Source: a virus. From it: a stretch of 64,000 nucleotides of DNA. The notes beneath the pieces are model-generated. The model was not told where the DNA came from. It searched no databases and saw only the letters and a list, made by a program, of their open reading frames with translations. Location: the IMG/VR virus record IMGVR_UViG_3300028384_000991, positions 32,001 through 96,000 of that record; one strand, given 5' to 3'. Positions within the stretch are counted from its first letter, which is position 1, and every line of letters begins with the position of its first letter. A program made the translations under genes and the position numbers. This document shows positions 30,269 to 39,505 of this stretch, piece after piece.

Positions 30269-31562
30269 AACGTTTTGTCCTTTGCCTTGGATACACTTAG
30301 CAACCAGACCAAACGGTGACGTTCGTGTTTGCTGTACAGCAAATGCTTCTGGTGCAGGCAAAGAAGATGACAAAACAGCAGGACTTGTAAAGCAAGATGG
30401 TGTTGCTATGAACTTGCGTGATCATACTATTGAACAAGTATGGAACAGTGAACATATGCGTAGAACAAGACTACAAATGCTTAATGATGAAATACCAGAA
30501 AGTTGTCGTAAATGTTTTTACGAAGAATCAAAAGGTATTGTTAGTAAGCGTCAATGGGAAACAGAAGTATGGAAACAAAGATTAGACATTGACAGCATTG
30601 TAGCAAAAACCGATGAGCAAGGAAACTTGCCTGTTGATATTCCATACTTTGATTTACGTTTAGGCAATATGTGTAATCTAAAATGTACAATGTGTTCGCC
30701 GCATGATAGTTCAAGTTGGATTAAAGAATGGAAGTTACTGTATCCTAAATATACAAATGAAGATCTAAAACGTGATCAAAGTTGGGACGAAAACTTTGAT
30801 TATACTTGGTATAAAAAAGGAACGTTCTTAGACAGTATGAAAGATCAAGCAAAGTATATTAAAGAATTGTATTTTGCAGGCGGCGAACCTTTGATGATTC
30901 CTGAACACTATAACATTTTACAGTTTATGGTTGATGAAGGTTATGCAAAAGATTGCTGTATAAGATACAACTCAAATGGAACTGTGTTAGAAGATAAACT
31001 GTTTGTACTATGGTCGCATTTTAAAGAAGTCACTTTTAATTTTAGCATTGATGCATATGGTGACAAGAATGATTATATCCGTTATCCAAGTCAATGGAAA
31101 GAAATAGAAAATAATTTAAGAATATTAGACGATAGTGGTACTAACACAAGAATTAATATTGCCTCAGCAGTACAATTATTAAATGCACCGTACCTTGGAG
31201 AATTAGCCGAATGGAAAGCAAGTCAGAAATTTCACAAAGTAAACAATATGCCTTTTGGTGGCGGACTTATTAGTACACATCTTGTTTATTTTCCAAGTTA
31301 TCTAAATGTAAGAGTATTGCCAAAAGAATTAAAAGAATTTACAAAATCACAAATAGAAATGTTTGTTGAAAGACAAAAGTTTAATACTGATTGGAATAGA
31401 AGTCCAATGGGTAAAACAAGATGGTTAGGATTAATTGATTACATGATGGCAGAAGATTGGACAAACAAACTACCACAACTAAAAGACTATTTAGAAACGC
31501 TTGACAAATCAAGAGGTACAGACTTTAGAAAAACTTTTCCTGAGTTAGGAGAATATATCTAA
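30261..31562 (+). CDS. Radical SAM protein with N-terminal SPASM/twitch-like domain
   Basis: CPLPW...GDVRVCC...CRKC then CNLKCTMC, AGGEP. Confidence 0.85.
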   Translation: MSKTFCPLPWIHLATRPNGDVRVCCTANASGAGKEDDKTAGLVKQDGVAMNLRDHTIEQVWNSEHMRRTRLQMLNDEIPESCRKCFYEESKGIVSKRQWETEVWKQRLDIDSIVAKTDEQGNLPVDIPYFDLRLGNMCNLKCTMCSPHDSSSWIKEWKLLYPKYTNEDLKRDQSWDENFDYTWYKKGTFLDSMKDQAKYIKELYFAGGEPLMIPEHYNILQFMVDEGYAKDCCIRYNSNGTVLEDKLFVLWSHFKEVTFNFSIDAYGDKNDYIRYPSQWKEIENNLRILDDSGTNTRINIASAVQLLNAPYLGELAEWKASQKFHKVNNMPFGGGLISTHLVYFPSYLNVRVLPKELKEFTKSQIEMFVERQKFNTDWNRSPMGKTRWLGLIDYMMAEDWTNKLPQLKDYLETLDKSRGTDFRKTFPELGEYI

Positions 31563-32674
31563 TGTACAAAGGTTTAATATTAGGCAGACAACAAGACGTT
31601 AATGTTGATACTGAACATTGGAAATTTGGTATCGTTAGGAACAATAAAAAGATTGTTGATACGATGTTACATTATACAGCATTTCCGTTAGCATATAATG
31701 ATCACGGTATTATAGATGCTGTATGTGAAAATCTCAAAAAGTATAAACCAGAAACAGGTGATAATGCATTTAAAGCATTTGAACCAACACTTAATAGTCC
31801 GCATATAGAACTATCAAATAAACTTTATGAAATGAGTAACGGTTATAGATCTGTATATACATTATCGGGTAGTGATGGTATTGAAGTTGCTATAAAACTT
31901 GCGTTTGCTTATCATGAAAAAAAGCAAAACAATAAAAAGAAAATTGTAAGTTTTACAGATGCATATCATGGTGCAACACTATTATCTCTTTCTTGTGGAG
32001 ATGTAGGATTAGAAAGAGCCTATCATGGAATGAATCCTTATCAAGATGTTATTAAAATATCTCCTGATATGCATGAAGAAGTAGACTGGAACGAAGTTGC
32101 GTGTATTGTTGTAGAAACTTGTCCTCATTACGAAACTGTAGAACCGTACGGTTATAATGTATGGGAAAAAATAAATCAAATTCAAAAAGATTATGATGTA
32201 TTAGTAATTATAGATGATATTTTTATGGGCGGTGGCAAAACAGGAAACTTCTTTGGCTTTAGTAAATTGCCTGTAGTTCCAGATATTTTTGTAATGGGCA
32301 AATCAATTACCGGAGGATTTTTTCCTTTGAGTGTTACTTTGTATAATGAAAAAGTAAATGAACAGTTACATGATAGTTTATGGTTGCATGGACACACTTA
32401 TAGTTTTTGTTTGTCGGGTGTGTTAAGTATGCTTGAGTATATCAAAGTGCTTGAAGAAAACAAATATATGGATAATGTTTATACAATAGTGTCAACAGCA
32501 AAAGAATATTTTACAGATGCTGGTTTTGAAATAGTTGGCAATTACGGTTTAGTATTTTTACTGGCAAAGAATACATATAAATTTAGATTTGTATTACCTT
32601 TAAACGCAGACGAAGAATATTTTAAAGCAGTGCCTGAAACACTAAAACAGTTGGATGAACGATGGAGCCAATAA
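31562..32674 (+). CDS. Class III PLP-dependent aminotransferase
   Basis: SGSDGIE, AYHGAT, DDIFMGGGKTG, PDI...GKSITGG, HGHTY. Confidence 0.85.
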   Translation: MYKGLILGRQQDVNVDTEHWKFGIVRNNKKIVDTMLHYTAFPLAYNDHGIIDAVCENLKKYKPETGDNAFKAFEPTLNSPHIELSNKLYEMSNGYRSVYTLSGSDGIEVAIKLAFAYHEKKQNNKKKIVSFTDAYHGATLLSLSCGDVGLERAYHGMNPYQDVIKISPDMHEEVDWNEVACIVVETCPHYETVEPYGYNVWEKINQIQKDYDVLVIIDDIFMGGGKTGNFFGFSKLPVVPDIFVMGKSITGGFFPLSVTLYNEKVNEQLHDSLWLHGHTYSFCLSGVLSMLEYIKVLEENKYMDNVYTIVSTAKEYFTDAGFEIVGNYGLVFLLAKNTYKFRFVLPLNADEEYFKAVPETLKQLDERWSQ

Positions 32675-33372
32675 AACGTATACAACTTTTAGAGCCACAC
32701 GGAGTAGTTAGTCCGTACAACGATGTATGGTTTAACATATATCCAGGACCCCTTGGTTTGATGTGTAGTGGAGGTGCTGACAGTACGTTAATGTTATACT
32801 TTACACTTTTACACAGTGACGATCCTATTCATGTTTTTACACTTGCAAACAATCCATTAGAATTAAAAAACATTACAGCGGCCACTGCTGTTGTAAACAA
32901 ATGTGTTCAACTTACAAACAAGCACAATGTAGTTCATCATGTTGTACACATGGAAGGCAATAAGCCTGATGGTCCTGAAGTTTTTGCAAAGATGGTGGAA
33001 CAAGTTGGTATAGATATAGCAGTGGCTCAAATTGGTGTTACAAAAAATCCACCAAGAGACATTTTAGATAAAATGAATCAAAGCACTTCTCCAAGAGACA
33101 AAAGTAGAGATAATCCAGAGCCTACAAATGAGTTTACTGATGGGCGATTAAGGGGATATCCATATCATATATATTGTCCATGGACTATACACAATAAGCA
33201 GACTTTAGCAAACATATATAAAAAACATAATTTATTAAACACATTATTCCCTGTAACTTACAGTTGTGAATATTATCCATCAGATAATGATCTGCCTGAT
33301 CCAGGTATGGATCACTGCGGTCAGTGTTGGTGGTGCGAGGAAAGACAATGGGCATTTGGCCGAATGAAATAG
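32662..33372 (+). CDS. QueC-like PP-loop ATPase
   Basis: SGGADST PP-loop; TYSC...CGQCWWCEER zinc motif. Confidence 0.7.
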   Translation: MEPIKRIQLLEPHGVVSPYNDVWFNIYPGPLGLMCSGGADSTLMLYFTLLHSDDPIHVFTLANNPLELKNITAATAVVNKCVQLTNKHNVVHHVVHMEGNKPDGPEVFAKMVEQVGIDIAVAQIGVTKNPPRDILDKMNQSTSPRDKSRDNPEPTNEFTDGRLRGYPYHIYCPWTIHNKQTLANIYKKHNLLNTLFPVTYSCEYYPSDNDLPDPGMDHCGQCWWCEERQWAFGRMK

Positions 33373-33884
33373 TGAATAGTTTTGTTGAACGTTTTGACGA
33401 TGTTGAAAAAACATATAATCAACTTGTGAATAAAAGCAAACACTATCCAGACGGAAAAATATACAACGGCGATTGGCTACAAATAGGATTAAAAGCAACC
33501 TATGAACAAGACGGAAAAGTACATAGACAGTTAGGATTTGATACACCTATAAACGATTTACTTAATCAAGATATAGTTGTAAGTGCAATTTTTTCTATAC
33601 TTAAACCGGGTGTAGAAATTACGCCACACAAGGGGCATAGAGGATTTGCAGAAAAAATTTACAAAGCACATATTTGTGTTCACGAAGCAAAAGACAGTGC
33701 ATTAATTGTAGGTGATAAAAAATACGAATGGAAAAGAGGACAAGGATTTTTATTTGACGACACTATTGAGCATACAGCATACAATAGAGGAACAGATACA
33801 CGGGTAGTCTTGCTAATGGACATTGCAAGAGATCCAAATGATATTCCTGTGTTTAGTAAAAACATGGTAGAAGCATACTTATGA
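33348..33884 (+). CDS. Aspartyl/asparaginyl beta-hydroxylase family protein
   Basis: FSILKPG..ITPHKG ... FDDTIEHTAYN...RVVL; GAGG SD before ATG 33348. Confidence 0.85.
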   Translation: MGIWPNEIVNSFVERFDDVEKTYNQLVNKSKHYPDGKIYNGDWLQIGLKATYEQDGKVHRQLGFDTPINDLLNQDIVVSAIFSILKPGVEITPHKGHRGFAEKIYKAHICVHEAKDSALIVGDKKYEWKRGQGFLFDDTIEHTAYNRGTDTRVVLLMDIARDPNDIPVFSKNMVEAYL

Positions 33885-34780
33885 AATTAGATTATAAAAA
33901 TAAACATATGAACGATTGGTTTCTTGTAAGTTGGACATTGTCTAATAAATGCAATTATCGCTGTGAGTATTGTCCTGACATATTACATAACGGAAGCACA
34001 GGTCAACCTCGTTGGGAAACTGTAAAACATTTTGTTGAAAACTTCAAAGTAAACAAAACTATTTGTTATAGACTAAGCGGTGGCGAACCTACGTATTGGA
34101 AACATTTTTTAGATCTTGCAAAACTTGTTAAAAAGCAAGGACACTATTTTAGTTTTGTAACTAATGGAAGCCAACGTGTAAAATACTATAAAGAAATTAG
34201 CAATTACACAGACGGATTTATAATCTCATATCATCCGCAGTATGCGAATATAGATCACTTTATAGAAATTGCAAACAGTGTTAGTTGTCCTGTAGCAGTT
34301 AATTTAATGCTTGTACCAGATAAATTTGACGATATGTGTACAGTAGCAAGGCAATTATACCACGGTAGTGTGAACTTAACTGTTGAACCTAAAATTGTTG
34401 TAGATAAAACAAGCACAGATTTTGTAACAAACGAAGTATCAACATATACCCAAGAACAAAAAGAAATTATTGCTAATTGGAAATATCAACGTAAATTAAA
34501 CTTTGATAATCTCCATAGAGGGGATATGATAATGGATAATGTAGAATATGAAGGCCATGAAATTATACTACAAGGCAAAAACAAGTTTTCAGGTTGGCGT
34601 TGTTGGGCAGGCCTTGATGGTGTAAATATTGATATGTGGGGTAACCTATATAGAGCAGATTGTCAGTATGGCGGAGCATTAGGCAATTTGGAGAGATATA
34701 AATTACCAAGCACAGAAATTGTGTGTGGTAAAACAGTATGTAGTTGCTTGAGCGACATATACATAAGGAAAGAACAATGA
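33881..34780 (+). CDS. Radical SAM protein (paralog class of 27098)
   Basis: VSW..SNKCNYRCEYC, SGGEP, F.GW.C, C-terminal Cys cluster. Confidence 0.85.
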   Translation: MKLDYKNKHMNDWFLVSWTLSNKCNYRCEYCPDILHNGSTGQPRWETVKHFVENFKVNKTICYRLSGGEPTYWKHFLDLAKLVKKQGHYFSFVTNGSQRVKYYKEISNYTDGFIISYHPQYANIDHFIEIANSVSCPVAVNLMLVPDKFDDMCTVARQLYHGSVNLTVEPKIVVDKTSTDFVTNEVSTYTQEQKEIIANWKYQRKLNFDNLHRGDMIMDNVEYEGHEIILQGKNKFSGWRCWAGLDGVNIDMWGNLYRADCQYGGALGNLERYKLPSTEIVCGKTVCSCLSDIYIRKEQ

Positions 34781-35394
34781 AAATAGTAGTAACAGGAAAC
34801 CCTAATTATGAAGGACTGTGCAAAGGAATCTATAAAACATTTGGTCCTGATGTTGAATTTATCGGTAGATGGAATGGTTGGGACGTAACAGATTTAGATG
34901 CTGTTGCAGATTATGTAAAAGATTTTGACGTATTTGTTAACAGTCAATATGGACCCAACGGAGAGCAAATACAGTTATTAGAAAAAGTATATCCTATTTT
35001 CAAAGGTGATCATATTGTTAATATTAGTAGCACAACATCTTGGTGGGATAAGGTTTGGGATACTACAAAGCCTGTGGATTTAATTGAAGGATTTCCGGAA
35101 GACAATCAAGCAAGGTATTTTCAAAATAAAATGAATTTAGATATCATGGCAAGAAAACTATCTAAGAATGTTTGTTGGGGAACTAATAAAATAAGAATCT
35201 CAAATATTGCATTTGGCCAACTTGCTTCTAAATATAAAGTTCAAAAAAATAATGTAAACAAAATAAGTCTTACACAAGCCGCTTCAATTGTCAAGTGGGT
35301 TATAGATAGTCCTACAAATATGAACGTGCATTATATTGCTGTTGATCCTATTCAAAGAGAGGATACAATTCAGGACAATACTCAAGAACATTAG
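34777..35394 (+). CDS. Short-chain dehydrogenase/reductase-like protein
   Basis: MKIVVTG, DVFVNS, IVNISS, YxxxK (YFQNK). Confidence 0.65.
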   Translation: MKIVVTGNPNYEGLCKGIYKTFGPDVEFIGRWNGWDVTDLDAVADYVKDFDVFVNSQYGPNGEQIQLLEKVYPIFKGDHIVNISSTTSWWDKVWDTTKPVDLIEGFPEDNQARYFQNKMNLDIMARKLSKNVCWGTNKIRISNIAFGQLASKYKVQKNNVNKISLTQAASIVKWVIDSPTNMNVHYIAVDPIQREDTIQDNTQEH

Positions 35395-36472
35395 TATCTC
35401 TAATACGATCTAAGTCTTTGGTAAAGTTAATAAACTTATCAACGTGTTTACCTAAAAATTCATCTTGTGTGTAATTAACATTAGGTAGTTTATATTCAAT
35501 ATTCTGTAATATATTATTAGGAAGTATTCTCGGATTCAAGTAAGGCGGTTGTGCTACAACGTTATTAAAGTAAATGCTCCAATGGTCTTGTTTGACACTG
35601 TCATACCAAGTTTGTATTTTACCTAAGTGTGCAATATTGTATGCCATCACTGTTACAGCAATAATTACCCTGTCGAAGTTATAGTGTTTTAAATTTTCAT
35701 TTAGTTGTGCAAATGTAAAGTTCTTACCGCCTCTAATATATTCGTACAATCCATCTGTACCTTCTACACTCACAGTCCACTTAGTATGGCTGTATTGTTT
35801 TGCAAGTTCGTGAACTTCTTCATCAACAATAGTGCCATTGGTAGTCCAATCAAGTGTTACGTTCTTAGCAATACCTAAGTCAATAAACTTTTTAAGGATA
35901 GTTTTATTTGCAGGTTCCATGTAAGGTTCTCCACCTTTGATACTTAGGTAACGCAAATTCATAAAAGGCGTAGGATCTTCAAACAATCTTTCTATAATTT
36001 GTTCGCTTTTGTTAGTGTAACCAAATTCTGGATCGCTGGTTCTACGAAAATATGGATTGCCGTTTTCTGCAAGTTTAAGATCATCTTTTACCCAAGCACT
36101 TGAATTTATACCATCACACATACGGCATTTCAAATTACATATATTGCTCATATTAAATTCCAAAAACATAATATCGTGGAAGTTTTTGGTATAGTCGTAA
36201 TTGGTTCCTTCAAGCATTGGATTCAAAATATCACGGAAGAATAATCTTCTACTATGACCTACTGCGGCTTCTTTTAAAGCACATTGTTTACACTCTGGTG
36301 GCAACTGACCCTTACGTATAGAATCCTTTGTGTATGACGCTGTAATGCTGTTTAAGACGGTGTTTAAAGACGATTTAAGCACGTTACCATAGCGGTTTGT
36401 ATACACTCCGTCGGGTACAATATCCCCATTAAAGCGTACCAAAATACTATGCCAAGGTGCGTAACATTTCAT
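35348..36472 (-). CDS. Radical SAM protein with N-terminal auxiliary domain
   Basis: CYAPW...ECKQC, CNLKCRMC, KGGEP. Confidence 0.85.
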   Translation of the reverse strand: MKCYAPWHSILVRFNGDIVPDGVYTNRYGNVLKSSLNTVLNSITASYTKDSIRKGQLPPECKQCALKEAAVGHSRRLFFRDILNPMLEGTNYDYTKNFHDIMFLEFNMSNICNLKCRMCDGINSSAWVKDDLKLAENGNPYFRRTSDPEFGYTNKSEQIIERLFEDPTPFMNLRYLSIKGGEPYMEPANKTILKKFIDLGIAKNVTLDWTTNGTIVDEEVHELAKQYSHTKWTVSVEGTDGLYEYIRGGKNFTFAQLNENLKHYNFDRVIIAVTVMAYNIAHLGKIQTWYDSVKQDHWSIYFNNVVAQPPYLNPRILPNNILQNIEYKLPNVNYTQDEFLGKHVDKFINFTKDLDRIRDTNVLEYCPELYPLFE

Positions 36473-37005
36473 TACAAATTCTCAACTATTTTGGAAAATG
36501 GTTCTGTAAATCCACCAATTTGAAAATGCAGTCTTTGATACAGATTTTCTTCAGCACCGTGTTTAGTATTGGTATCAATTAGTGTAGGACCTTCATACAA
36601 ATAACTGTCCAAAATATTATCATTTTCGTCATACCAAACTACAGGTGTGTCTACACCTCTAAGCGGGATAGTGAATGCCGCAGTTCGTTTATCTATGTGC
36701 GGTGATAAAGAACCTTCAATAATAAAATATTGTGCATATTCATAAACATCATTTATATCTCGTTTAAGAATTCTTGATAAGTCCCAAAAGATTTGCAGGT
36801 GTTTAAAATCTTCTGGCAAGTCTTTAAAGTATAAACTTCTTACACTATAACTATTTGCACCTAAGCGTTCTGCAACACTTTTATATGTTACATAGTTTCC
36901 GTTATGATCTGTAAATCCGTCTTTGGCAAGATCCATATATTTGTCAGCAATCTCTATTAACTGCTTCTTGTTATATTCTAAATCAATTTTGTGATAGTAC
37001 TTCAT
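36472..37005 (-). CDS. 2OG-Fe(II) oxygenase-like protein
   Basis: LSPHID ... DTNTKHG ... RLHFQI. Confidence 0.55.
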   Translation of the reverse strand: MKYYHKIDLEYNKKQLIEIADKYMDLAKDGFTDHNGNYVTYKSVAERLGANSYSVRSLYFKDLPEDFKHLQIFWDLSRILKRDINDVYEYAQYFIIEGSLSPHIDKRTAAFTIPLRGVDTPVVWYDENDNILDSYLYEGPTLIDTNTKHGAEENLYQRLHFQIGGFTEPFSKIVENL

Positions 37006-37444
37006 CAAATCTCTTTCCGAAGGCTGATCGCAAGTCACTGTGTAATTTATCGATTACAACAGTAGGTTGGTAAACTCCTACATTATCCCAGTCTACCATT
37101 TCCATGTTATCGCCGTCTATAATAATATTACTTAAAACCCAATCTCCATGTGCGTAAGGTTGCGTTTCTTCGATGTTTTCTAAACAAAAATTATAAATCT
37201 TTGTTATAAATTCGTCAGTGTGTTCAAATGTGTTTGCTGGTACTCCAGGAACTTCTTTTACATCAACAAACATTTTGCCATCAGAACAACCACTGTTTAA
37301 TATATACCCTGGACGTATCTCTTCCATTATATCAATGTGTTCATCGTAATAGTCTTTGTTTTCAAAAGACCATTCTTTCCTATAAAAGCCATTGCCTTTA
37401 TATACACGTCTTTGTTTTTCTTTGTTTGTTTTAATTAATTCCAT
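36983..37444 (-). CDS. Small phosphotransferase (APH/choline-kinase-like) protein
   Basis: HGDWVLSNIII catalytic loop and VDWD metal-binding motif. Confidence 0.65.
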   Translation of the reverse strand: MELIKTNKEKQRRVYKGNGFYRKEWSFENKDYYDEHIDIMEEIRPGYILNSGCSDGKMFVDVKEVPGVPANTFEHTDEFITKIYNFCLENIEETQPYAHGDWVLSNIIIDGDNMEMVDWDNVGVYQPTVVIDKLHSDLRSAFGKRFDEVLSQN

Positions 37445-38474
37445 ATGCTTCTGCTACTTCTGGTATGTAGTCTTGTATTCTACATCCACGTAATTTATCA
37501 AAGGTTTCTATCCATTTTAAAAATGCATTGTATTGTACTTCGTCTCGTTCTTGCTCAACCCAGTATTTAAATTTTTCAGGTGCAAACTTTTTAATACTAT
37601 CAGGAGCATTTTTACTATCGAAGTATGTAGGGTGAAACAGTAAATTATCAAATACACGGAAGTCGTTTGTTTTTGCCCAACCTACAATATTATCATAATC
37701 ATGTAAGTTCATAATCTGTATTGTAGGACCTAAACTTTTGTATTTTACAAATTCTGCCCAACGTAACATATTTGTTTCTACAGTTTTCCAATCGCTACCC
37801 CAACGAATATAATCATTCACTTTGCCTATACCGTCAACACTAAAACACATATTGACTGTATCAAAACGTTTTAGTTCTTCGTACACATTAGGGTTAATAA
37901 TTGTAGCATTGGTATTGAATCTTATTTCAACGCTATTATCTAATTTCTTAAGAAACTTATGTAAGCCTCTTACCATCATAGGTTCGCCACCTGTTAAATA
38001 AACTTCTCTTAGTTCGGGCAAACTTGCAAGGTAATCGCCACGTTCTTCTGTATACCAATCATAGTTAGGAAACTGTTCGTTGCCCCAAGGTGATTCTAAA
38101 CCTTTCGCAAGTAATTCTTTATGATCTTGATTTACACCGCTTGATGTTGCAGGGTAGCACATAGTACATTTGAGATTACAATTACTACCAAAGCGTAAAT
38201 CCAGATGACTTACGCCAGGACCATACTGTCGTGGCTTAGTACGTTGACTGCCTTGTCCGGATGCTTCTTGTATTTCACATTTTTTACAAGCATCAGGAAA
38301 TTCGTTGTTATCAAATTTTTGTACTGCATCTTTGAATATTTTACTATTGCGCCATTCTTCTATCGTGTGCGTTTGAATATTTTCTTTATTTGTTGGTTCT
38401 CTGCTAATACAACACAAGCGAAACTCGCCAGATGTTCTAATACAAACTTGATGATCTAAATACTTACACTTCAC
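37431..38474 (-). CDS. Radical SAM protein with N-terminal SPASM/twitch-like domain
   Basis: GEFRLCC...ACKKC, CNLKCTMC, TGGEP. Confidence 0.85.
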   Translation of the reverse strand: MKCKYLDHQVCIRTSGEFRLCCISREPTNKENIQTHTIEEWRNSKIFKDAVQKFDNNEFPDACKKCEIQEASGQGSQRTKPRQYGPGVSHLDLRFGSNCNLKCTMCYPATSSGVNQDHKELLAKGLESPWGNEQFPNYDWYTEERGDYLASLPELREVYLTGGEPMMVRGLHKFLKKLDNSVEIRFNTNATIINPNVYEELKRFDTVNMCFSVDGIGKVNDYIRWGSDWKTVETNMLRWAEFVKYKSLGPTIQIMNLHDYDNIVGWAKTNDFRVFDNLLFHPTYFDSKNAPDSIKKFAPEKFKYWVEQERDEVQYNAFLKWIETFDKLRGCRIQDYIPEVAEAYGIN

Positions 38475-39447
38475 CGCAAGTTACCTCACAAATTTTAAAT
38501 CTATTTTCTTTAGGTTGTGTTAACATATCACTTTCAACTATTTCTTGTATACTCAGGTCATTTACATTAGGCCACGTAATACTATTACATTCTTTTGCAT
38601 AAGGACTATCAGGATTTTTCGCATAGCGATCGCTTAACAAATAGCAACAAGGAAATACTTCTCCAGTATGACTAATTTGTATTTTTTGTTTGCGTTGCCA
38701 TTTGCAATTTATACAACCTTTTTCTAATCCCACTTCTAATACTTTTTCTAAACGTTCTACATTGTCTAAATGTTTCTTGTCATATTTTACAGTACGTTCT
38801 TGTTCTTTTTTTGTTGCTTTAAATTTTTCTACTGCTTCTGATACAATACTATCCATAGCAGTAAATGTGTAACCGCCATTAATATCAAAAACAACAAACC
38901 CCATGTCTTTAGAAAGTTGTTCGCACTGTTCTATTTGATGTTTGTTGTGATCAAATACAAGCATACGCCATCTTGCTAATCCACCAGAATCAATAAATGC
39001 TTTGGCATTGTCCATTACATTTTTCCAAACAACATGACGTCTATATAAATGATTAGTATCTTCTAACCCGTCAATACTAAATGTAATTACGCCTTGTGGA
39101 AAGTTTCGTAATTCCTGTGCAATTAGTCTGTATAGATTTGGTTTACCAATGCCTCCGTTGGTGTGTATCATTATTTTACATTTTAGTTTTCTTGCATATT
39201 GTAATGCAAATGGTAAATTTGGATTCATTAAAGGATCGCCGTAAGCACCATTAAAAATAATTTCTTCTACACCTCTTGCATTGTCAACAATATTCTTAAA
39301 AGTATCCATGTCCATATGACCTAAAGGCATATGTGGATTAACAGTAGTGCCGTCAATATTGCGTGAACAATTACCACACATAGCATTACAATGACTTGTA
39401 AAGTCAACTACTATTGTTTTAAGATTATTTTTAGACAAAAATTGCAT
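38464..39447 (-). CDS. Radical SAM protein with C-terminal SPASM/twitch-like domain (paralog class of 29270)
   Basis: CNAMCGNC, GAYGDP, GEVFPCC; start moved to ATG 39447. Confidence 0.85.
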   Translation of the reverse strand: MQFLSKNNLKTIVVDFTSHCNAMCGNCSRNIDGTTVNPHMPLGHMDMDTFKNIVDNARGVEEIIFNGAYGDPLMNPNLPFALQYARKLKCKIMIHTNGGIGKPNLYRLIAQELRNFPQGVITFSIDGLEDTNHLYRRHVVWKNVMDNAKAFIDSGGLARWRMLVFDHNKHQIEQCEQLSKDMGFVVFDINGGYTFTAMDSIVSEAVEKFKATKKEQERTVKYDKKHLDNVERLEKVLEVGLEKGCINCKWQRKQKIQISHTGEVFPCCYLLSDRYAKNPDSPYAKECNSITWPNVNDLSIQEIVESDMLTQPKENRFKICEVTCGEV

Positions 39448-39452
39448 ACTTG

Positions 39453-39458
39453 TATTTA
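39453..39458 (-). promoter_or_regulatory. Late promoter core TAAATA, leaderless
   Basis: Reverse-strand TAAATA 5 nt before ATG 39447. Confidence 0.65.
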
Positions 39459-39494
39459 ACATCATTATCAGAGTACATAATGGTACCTGGCACA

Positions 39495-39500
39495 TAAATA
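39495..39500 (+). promoter_or_regulatory. Late promoter core TAAATA, leaderless
   Basis: CATAAATA 5 nt before ATG 39506. Confidence 0.65.
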
Positions 39501-39505
39501 CTGCT

